The notes below the pieces were generated by a model that did not search any database, had not been told where the DNA came from, and saw nothing but the letters and a program-made list of their open reading frames with translations. This document shows positions 57,735 to 64,000 of a stretch of DNA of 64,000 nucleotides, piece after piece. The stretch is from a virus (lineage: Duplodnaviria > Heunggongvirae > Uroviricota > Caudoviricetes): IMG/VR virus record IMGVR_UViG_2703718817_000003. One strand, written 5' to 3'. Made by a program: the position numbers and the translations under genes. Within the stretch, counting starts at the first letter, position 1, and every line of letters begins with the position of its first letter.

Positions 57735-58193
57735 ATGGTTTTGAAAAAGATAATTTTGATAGTAGTTGCGCTTTTAGCCATTTATGGAATTTACCGTACT
57801 ACGGCGGCAGTTATCGATCACATCAGGTATATCCGTTCCCTGGAAGACTCAAAATCACAACTTGAAAGCGAGAACAACACGCTTTCTACCGCATTGCAGT
57901 TAAGTGAAAAATCGCGATCTGCCATGATGGCTGAAAACGAAAGAATTAAAACACTGGAGAAGGAGTACCAGCGCAAAACAGCAGAACTGAATACCAGCCT
58001 GATCAAACAACGGGAGGAAAGCCAGAATGAAATCAATCGTCTTGAAACTGCGTTACGTAATGCCGGGGTTAATGATGTGCGTGTGCCTGATGACGTTATC
58101 AGGATGCAGCGGGAACGGGCAAAAGAAATCAATCAGCGTGCCAATGCAAATTACCGTAGAAGCCACCAGCAAACCGCAGGGAAATCTGATTGA
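57735..58193 (+). CDS. i-spanin (Rz-like): N-terminal transmembrane anchor plus periplasmic coiled coil
   Basis: 152 aa; KKIILIVVALLAIYGIY membrane segment then heptad-rich region. Confidence 0.55.
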   Translation: MVLKKIILIVVALLAIYGIYRTTAAVIDHIRYIRSLEDSKSQLESENNTLSTALQLSEKSRSAMMAENERIKTLEKEYQRKTAELNTSLIKQREESQNEINRLETALRNAGVNDVRVPDDVIRMQRERAKEINQRANANYRRSHQQTAGKSD

Positions 58194-58359
58194 TTATACC
58201 CCTTGCATAGTGCCAGAGGACACACCTGTGCTGTTAAACAAGTATCCGGCATACACTGAACAGTTATTCAGCACTATCGATGAATGCAACCAACGAAATG
58301 CACTGAATAACCAAAGGAACAGGGAAATTTGGGAAGGGAAGGGGGATCACGGCTCCTGA
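58027..58359 (+). CDS. o-spanin (Rz1-like) lipoprotein, overlapped with the i-spanin gene in another frame
   Basis: ATG 58027 after GGAGG; lipobox LMTLSG-C; starts inside the i-spanin gene and extends past its stop. Confidence 0.45.
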   Translation: MKSIVLKLRYVMPGLMMCVCLMTLSGCSGNGQKKSISVPMQITVEATSKPQGNLIDYTPCIVPEDTPVLLNKYPAYTEQLFSTIDECNQRNALNNQRNREIWEGKGDHGS

Positions 58360-58829
58360 AGCCAGATATCCTGGCTGTCAGCTTCTTCAAAACCGTGACA
58401 GACGTTAAAGTCACTCAAGCGATACTGGCGCTGACGGCCTCTATTTCGCTCATGCCAATGCATATATCCACCGGCAAATGCCAGCGGACAATCGCTATAG
58501 TCGATGTAGCCAATACCATTACCCAAACGCGCTTCGCGCGCCCCGGCTTTCCAGGACAGTAGAAAAGAGTCACGATCTGCCAGCATGACTACAAAATCAT
58601 CTGGATCGCCTATGCAGTGAAGAATGCCTGCCTTGCATAACTGTTTGAGTGCCTTAGACTGGCTCAGGATGTCTTCACCGTAATACTGAAAACAATCATC
58701 AACAATAGCGGGATAGCCAGCGGGTGGATTCAGGCTGGTTGGTATAGCTGACGCGATAGCCAGCATTAAACGATATTGTGTTTTCGATGGGTTCGCGTGA
58801 CTCATGTTTCCTCTACTCACTGTCTCCAT
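58347..58829 (-). CDS. hypothetical protein
   Basis: 160 aa ORF. Confidence 0.5.
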   Translation of the reverse strand: METVSRGNMSHANPSKTQYRLMLAIASAIPTSLNPPAGYPAIVDDCFQYYGEDILSQSKALKQLCKAGILHCIGDPDDFVVMLADRDSFLLSWKAGAREARLGNGIGYIDYSDCPLAFAGGYMHWHERNRGRQRQYRLSDFNVCHGFEEADSQDIWLQEP

Positions 58830-59209
58830 GCATTTTTCAGCTCCGGAATATCAGCCATTTCCACTAACTTCCGAAGCCCCGCGCTGACCTTCCCATTACC
58901 AACCGCAGCAAGCCAATCCCTTACTGACTTCGGCATATAAAGAGTGGTCGTTACAGGATCTTCCACTCTTACAGGCGTGCCAATTTGAGGCCACTTAACA
59001 GATGCCAAAACGTCAGAAGGCGGGGTAAGCGCGGGAACATTAAGAATAGCCTTTCCTGAATGGAGAATCACGATTCGTTCAGCCAGGGAAAGAATGTCTC
59101 TTTCAGTAAGGATTGATGACAGTTGAGCTTCTACAAGGCATCTGCTGCTTGTATTCAGAGAATGGCTTTTAGCACCATTTTTGTATGAAACGAAGATCTT
59201 GTACGCCAT
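58817..59209 (-). CDS. hypothetical protein
   Basis: 130 aa ORF; start faces the operator-rich region at 59211-59290. Confidence 0.45.
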   Translation of the reverse strand: MAYKIFVSYKNGAKSHSLNTSSRCLVEAQLSSILTERDILSLAERIVILHSGKAILNVPALTPPSDVLASVKWPQIGTPVRVEDPVTTTLYMPKSVRDWLAAVGNGKVSAGLRKLVEMADIPELKNAWRQ

Positions 59210-59224
59210 TTGTTCTAATGTTTT

Positions 59225-59290
59225 ATGTTAGAAAATTAAGATTAAAACATACTAACACAAGATTGTTAACGAAAATTATTTTTCTAATGC
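59225..59290. promoter_or_regulatory. Cluster of operator-like motifs in a divergent promoter region
   Basis: ATGTTAGAAAATTAA (59225-59239), AACATACTAACAC (59246-59258) and TTATTTTTCTAATGC (59277-59290). Confidence 0.5.
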
Positions 59291-59368
59291 TATTGACTAA
59301 ATAACAAAGTGAGTATTGTCACCTCGTCAAAAGAATCTTCACGCCGCGCCCGAATTTAGGGTTTAACC

Positions 59369-61066
59369 GTGAACAAGAACATTGAGCCAGCTCGTAAGCG
59401 CGAGCGCGAGATTATGAATCGGGCGGCAAGCGTCATGGCTATGACCGTCGATCCAACCACTGATGCTGCCGGTAACATGATTGCCGACAACGAAGTGATG
59501 ATGGCTAACCTGGAAAAAGCTATCCAGAAAGAGCCTATGTTTGAAGGCGTTGAACCAGAAGCAGCTCGCCAGATCATTGGTAGCTGGGCCATGTCTATTC
59601 ATGAATACAAACGCCAGTATGGGCATTATCCGGCAAGCGATGTATTAGCCAACGCCCATGTAGCACTTGAGCGCCTGATGATGGAGTCCGCTAAAGAGAC
59701 TCATGAAGGCGCTGGCAAAGCCATGTTTGAATCAGTAGCCAAGGACATGCGCACCTCCGATGGTGTAATGAAGGTTGCACAATATGCCGCACTGATCCTG
59801 CCTGCTTCTCTCGGCGCAGCCACCAGCGACGCATGTACGTTTATCCCTTGTGATCGTGATGAAACCAATATTTACGAGCTGACCAACGTTGCTGGTACAA
59901 AATTCGGTACATTCGAGCAGGGCGATGAACTGAACATGCAGTCTGCTGGAGTGTATTCGCAGATGAAACGCCTGTACATCCTGACCGAAAAAGGAGATGG
60001 CAGCAAAACCACCTTCCAGTTTGATATCCAGAACTTCGAAGGCCAGGCCTGCCCACTGCGCCAGGGCTACAACAAACTGCTGATTAACCGCAAACCGTCC
60101 AAAGTAGATGATGGTGACGGCAACCTGTATTTCAACGACAAAGACGTCAACGGCAACTCTTTCTCTGTGACGGCAAAGGTTCGATACGATACCGGCGTTA
60201 TCGATATCACCTTTAATGAAGCACCAGCAGAAGGCACAGAAATCGCTGTTCAGGTTGAAATCAACATTGAACGCAATCCGAACCTGATACCTGTCATTAA
60301 CCAGTCCATGCGCAATTACGCCCTGCGCCCGTCGGAGTACGTGATCGCATCCGAACATACGGTTATGGCTGCATCTGACCTGAGCCGTGAACACGGACTC
60401 GAACTGGCAGCATTGCAATTCTCTGCAATGCGCAACTGGATTTCCCACGAAATCGATATGATGCGCCTGCGCACTCTGGTATTCCACACCGTTTACGGTC
60501 GTGAATTTGATGTGGCACTGCCAGAAGCGCAGAACTACGAGTCGTGGGTTGGTTTAATTCGCCATGTTGTGAACGCGCTGTCACAGGAGATGGCTGACCG
60601 CACCCTGACTACCGGTATCCGTGGTGGCTTTGCTGGTGGCGATGCTGCTAACTTCCTGCGTTCCTTACCGCCGCAGCACTTCCAGTTGGCACCGGGCTAT
60701 GTACAGTCGCCGTACATTCAATACATCGGCACCCTGTTTGGTTCCATTCGTATCTACGAAGTGCCGAAGCCTATCTGCAAACAATTCCAGAAATATGGCT
60801 ACGACTTCGGCCTGGACGACATCTATTTCTATGGTCGTGGCGAAGGCATTGGTAAAGCAGGCCTGGTCGCAGGTGATGCTGTGCCTGCTATTCCGTATGT
60901 CCACGAAACAAATCCAGCCCTGGTGAACCGCACCACTTTCTGGGGCAAAGCAATCAACGATGTGCATCCGCGCAACGGTGAGAACTATTTCACTCGCCTT
61001 CGCCTGACACGTTCGAAAGAAGGTGCGATTGACATGTTGAGCGGGCAAATCAACGAAAAAAAGTAG
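59369..61066 (+). CDS. putative major capsid protein (P1 gp23-like by size and position)
   Basis: 565 aa ORF (GTG start) heading the structural block before the Ig-like and sheath genes; assignment is positional. Confidence 0.45.
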   Translation: MNKNIEPARKREREIMNRAASVMAMTVDPTTDAAGNMIADNEVMMANLEKAIQKEPMFEGVEPEAARQIIGSWAMSIHEYKRQYGHYPASDVLANAHVALERLMMESAKETHEGAGKAMFESVAKDMRTSDGVMKVAQYAALILPASLGAATSDACTFIPCDRDETNIYELTNVAGTKFGTFEQGDELNMQSAGVYSQMKRLYILTEKGDGSKTTFQFDIQNFEGQACPLRQGYNKLLINRKPSKVDDGDGNLYFNDKDVNGNSFSVTAKVRYDTGVIDITFNEAPAEGTEIAVQVEINIERNPNLIPVINQSMRNYALRPSEYVIASEHTVMAASDLSREHGLELAALQFSAMRNWISHEIDMMRLRTLVFHTVYGREFDVALPEAQNYESWVGLIRHVVNALSQEMADRTLTTGIRGGFAGGDAANFLRSLPPQHFQLAPGYVQSPYIQYIGTLFGSIRIYEVPKPICKQFQKYGYDFGLDDIYFYGRGEGIGKAGLVAGDAVPAIPYVHETNPALVNRTTFWGKAINDVHPRNGENYFTRLRLTRSKEGAIDMLSGQINEKK

Positions 61067-61195
61067 CAGTGGCGAACGTGTCAGTTTCACCAACGGCAAT
61101 TGAAGTAAACGAAGGTGAAACTATCGCCGCGAGCACTTCAAAGACACGAAAAACACCCAAAAAGAAGTAAAACCAGCCCCTGAATAGGGGGCTAT

Positions 61196-61486
61196 ATGGA
61201 GGAAAAAATGGCTGATATCAAAGTAACTATTACCCCACCAAATGCGACAGATAAAACTTTCACTGTCGAATCCGATCATCCGGAAATTGTGAGAGTTGAT
61301 GGAACCACATGCACCGCAGTATCTGCTGGTACTGCGGTACTAACCATCAAAACTACAGATGGAAATAAAACCGCAACGTGCACTGTAACGGTTAATGAAG
61401 CCGTAGTAAGTGTCGACTCTGTCAGCGTTGATCCGTCAACCAAAGAAGTGACGGTAGGTGACAGCTTCACGGTCGGCGAAGCCTGA
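61196..61486 (+). CDS. Ig-like (Big_2-type) domain protein, possible virion decoration protein
   Basis: 96 aa; beta-sandwich pattern TFTVESDHPEIVRVDGTTCTAVSAGTAVLTIKTTDGNKTATCTVTV. Confidence 0.55.
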   Translation: MEEKMADIKVTITPPNATDKTFTVESDHPEIVRVDGTTCTAVSAGTAVLTIKTTDGNKTATCTVTVNEAVVSVDSVSVDPSTKEVTVGDSFTVGEA

Positions 61487-61488
61487 TA

Positions 61489-61522
61489 AAAGCCTCCCCA
61501 TGCAAATGGGGAGGCTTCTCTC
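61489..61522 (+). terminator. Hairpin terminator/attenuator
   Basis: AGCCTCCCCAT-GCAA-ATGGGGAGGCT followed by TCTCTCAT (weak T tract). Confidence 0.4.
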
Positions 61523-61551
61523 ATCCGCTCGATAAAGAGGAAAAGAGCAGC

Positions 61552-63207
61552 ATGAATAAAATTGGTTTTTCTGTTGGTCAGGCTGCGGGCGTTGCGGTAG
61601 CGGACGTTAATGCCGATGCTACTCTGACTAACACATCTGGCGGTGCTTCCGTCTTTGCCGGGCTGGTCATTTCCCGCAGAGGGGCGCCAGGTAAGGTTTT
61701 GCAGGTTACAGCAGCCAACTATCAGAGCGTGTTAGGTTCACCTCTTCACCCGCGCACCGGGGCCGCATTTGAACCATATCGCCACGTTGAACGCGCAGTA
61801 AAAGGCGGCAGCGGTTATGTGGTTCGCGTATGCGCAAAAGACATGAAAGTACCGGGCATTGCCGTTTCTGTTCAGGCCAAGTCGAAAAGCACTAAGTCTG
61901 CAAAAACTCTGCAAATTGCTCCGACCGAAGCAACGGTAAACATCGGCGATACACTGACCGTTCGTGCCGTTTCTGGTGCCACTTCTACGGTAACTTTCGC
62001 TGCAAGCGAAACACCTGAAATTTCCGGCAGTGAACTGGCTATTTTCTACATAAAGGACGGTGATGCTTCGACAAACCGCACGTTATCACTGACCCGTGAG
62101 GACGAAGAAAATGACCTGTTCACTCTGGAACTGAAAGAGACACAGACCGATGGTTCTGTAGAAACTCTGGAAAGCTACCAGGTTTCTTTCGATCCGGATG
62201 CAACGAACGATATGGGCCAGCCAGCATGGATTCCTGCGTTGTTAGAAAGTCAGTCCACCAGGCTTGGAGCTGTACTGGCTGATGGTGCCGAAGACTCCGC
62301 TCACTTGCTGACTTTCGAAGATGTAGCGTTTGAAGGCGGTACAGATGGCGATCTGTCCTCAATTGACGCTGATGATTATCTGAAAGCGTTAGAGGTTCTC
62401 GAAGCGTCAGAAGTTAATTATACCGCGCTGCTTTCTCTGGGCTGCTACGACGCATCCGTGCTGGCAAAAATCAATTCGCTGGCAGAAGACGTTCGCGTGG
62501 ATATGTTCTACGACCTGAAATGTGCTCAGACTGGTGAAAACGCTATCGCAGAAGCTAAATCACATGGTTTCGGCAAATCCCACCAGGCTGCACGTTATCA
62601 CTTCCCGTACTCATGCCGTGACACTTTCAGCGGTATGAATGTGGTTTACGGAATCAGTTGCGACGCATTTGTGGCAAAAGCGAAAGGCGTTGCGCTTGTG
62701 TCTGATGTAGGCGGCTGGCATTACGCCCCGGCTGGTCTGTCTCGCGCAATCATTGATCGCCAGAACATCACCAGACTCTCCGGGATTGGCACAATCGATC
62801 GTGAAGCGTATGTAACCGCTCGTATTAACCCTGTAAGCGTTGCAGCGGATGGTTCTGTCTACATCGACGACTCCCTGACGACATACAGCAAAAATAACCA
62901 TCTGCGATTCCAGCACGTTTCATCACTGATGAATGCAATTGCCCGCAATTTCTATGAAGTTGCTCAGGCAATCAAGCATGAACCTGATGGCGTAACGCAG
63001 GAAAGTCTGACTAACGCACTGACAGATCTTCTGGACCGTTTTTATGCGGCTGGTGCGCTGGTTACACCACGCGATGAATCTCAAGGTTCAGACCCTTATG
63101 TGGTCAAGGTAACTCAAAAAGACATCGACTTGTGGGAAGTGGAATGGTCCGTGTGCCCAACAGGCACTGCTCGTCGAATCCTCGGCAAACCAATCCTGAT
63201 GCGTTGA
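61552..63207 (+). CDS. Tail sheath protein with an inserted Ig-like domain
   Basis: 551 aa; C-terminal region has the contractile-sheath pattern (GWHYAPAGLSRAI, ARINPV, HEPDG, WEVEWSVCPTGTARRILGKPILM); internal Big_2-like segment. Confidence 0.55.
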   Translation: MNKIGFSVGQAAGVAVADVNADATLTNTSGGASVFAGLVISRRGAPGKVLQVTAANYQSVLGSPLHPRTGAAFEPYRHVERAVKGGSGYVVRVCAKDMKVPGIAVSVQAKSKSTKSAKTLQIAPTEATVNIGDTLTVRAVSGATSTVTFAASETPEISGSELAIFYIKDGDASTNRTLSLTREDEENDLFTLELKETQTDGSVETLESYQVSFDPDATNDMGQPAWIPALLESQSTRLGAVLADGAEDSAHLLTFEDVAFEGGTDGDLSSIDADDYLKALEVLEASEVNYTALLSLGCYDASVLAKINSLAEDVRVDMFYDLKCAQTGENAIAEAKSHGFGKSHQAARYHFPYSCRDTFSGMNVVYGISCDAFVAKAKGVALVSDVGGWHYAPAGLSRAIIDRQNITRLSGIGTIDREAYVTARINPVSVAADGSVYIDDSLTTYSKNNHLRFQHVSSLMNAIARNFYEVAQAIKHEPDGVTQESLTNALTDLLDRFYAAGALVTPRDESQGSDPYVVKVTQKDIDLWEVEWSVCPTGTARRILGKPILMR

Positions 63208-63250
63208 TTTATCTTCCCCGCTGAAACGCGGGGATGAATGAGGTTTCCTA

Positions 63251-63997
63251 ATGAAAAACTATTCTGTTGTTGATCCATTCATGCGCGCGCTATTTGCAGG
63301 CAAAACAGCCGATAACGCAGATACAGCCATACTGGAAAGCGCCAAAGATTCTGGTTGTTTTGAAAGTGGCGATAACGCCATCCTGGAAAGTGCCAAGAAT
63401 GGAACCGATGGCGCGGATATCGAAGCCGCAATGATGGAAGCGGTGGAATCCCGTGCACAAAGTGACATCCGCAGTCTGGCAGCTTCAATGCTGGCGAGCT
63501 GGGTAGAAGATGGCGACCCTGAAGCGGATTCATTTGATGCGCTGGCAATCACAATGGCTGGCCTGGCCGACATTGACGAAGACACAGAACTGACCGACGA
63601 ACAGGTTGACGCATATAACGACGCACTCGCGGCGTTGGCTAACGCGGCTGTGGCCCTGGGCGCTGATCAGGACGACGTCACCGAGATGATCGATGACGAA
63701 GATGACGCGGCAGCAGAACGCGTATTTGACGCACTGTCAGAAAGCGATAGCGAAATGATGGAAGAAGCCATTGCAATTTACACCGTTGCTGGTGGCAATA
63801 CAGCAATGCTCGAAGCTGTAAGCAAAAAAGTCGTCCGTGATGGCAAGGTTACTATCATCCGCAAACGCCCGCGCCCGCGTCGCATGACGTCCTTACAAAA
63901 GCAGGCGCTGAAAAAAGCGCGCCTTAAGGCGCATACGTCGATAGCTAACACTCGCCGCCGGAAGTCTATCCGCATTCGCAAAAAACGCGGCCTGTAA
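63251..63997 (+). CDS. hypothetical acidic protein with strongly basic C-terminal tail
   Basis: 248 aa; D/E-rich body and C-terminus RKRPRPRRMTSLQKQALKKARLKAHTSIANTRRRKSIRIRKKRGL. Confidence 0.5.
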   Translation: MKNYSVVDPFMRALFAGKTADNADTAILESAKDSGCFESGDNAILESAKNGTDGADIEAAMMEAVESRAQSDIRSLAASMLASWVEDGDPEADSFDALAITMAGLADIDEDTELTDEQVDAYNDALAALANAAVALGADQDDVTEMIDDEDDAAAERVFDALSESDSEMMEEAIAIYTVAGGNTAMLEAVSKKVVRDGKVTIIRKRPRPRRMTSLQKQALKKARLKAHTSIANTRRRKSIRIRKKRGL

Positions 63998-64000
63998 TTA

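Noticed and set aside
59732-60487. 251 aa antisense ORF inside the candidate capsid gene
   Set aside because: Fully embedded opposite a long structural-gene ORF; Cys/His/Arg-rich composition typical of antisense frames.

Overview
This 64 kb window reads as a mosaic P1-like phage-plasmid segment, almost entirely coding on both strands. Calls rest on motifs recognised by eye in the six-frame translations; no database search was run. Recognisable modules: a giant DarB-like methyltransferase/SNF2-helicase antirestriction protein (1060-7911); a five-member tRNA cluster (12467-13495) inside an ORF-poor, hairpin-rich region; PacA/PacB terminase with a GATC-rich pac-like site; a Cre-like tyrosine recombinase (19729-20757) with a lox-like palindrome upstream; dUTPase; doc-phd, humD and hot in P1 order; an IS2 copy (28774-30104) with intact CTGAC target duplication splitting a gene; a long minus-strand operon of Ead/Ea22-like paralogs, Ppp phosphatase and zinc-ribbon proteins; a Ref-like HNH protein; a Rha-family regulator; a higBA-like second toxin-antitoxin pair; baseplate genes; RdgC; C5-like and Dam methyltransferases; ParFG-like and ParMR partition modules with iterons; overlapping spanins; and candidate major capsid and tail sheath genes. 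The most interesting unexplained signals are: a 15-bp operator-like motif recurring at ten or more intergenic sites, suggesting a C1-like global repressor network; four DUF2829/Tad2-like domains in different fusion contexts (candidate anti-defence sponges); a stem-loop motif with compensatory changes in three copies around the tRNA cluster; and a conserved translational-coupling junction repeated five times in the Ead-like operon. No CRISPR array or rRNA was seen.
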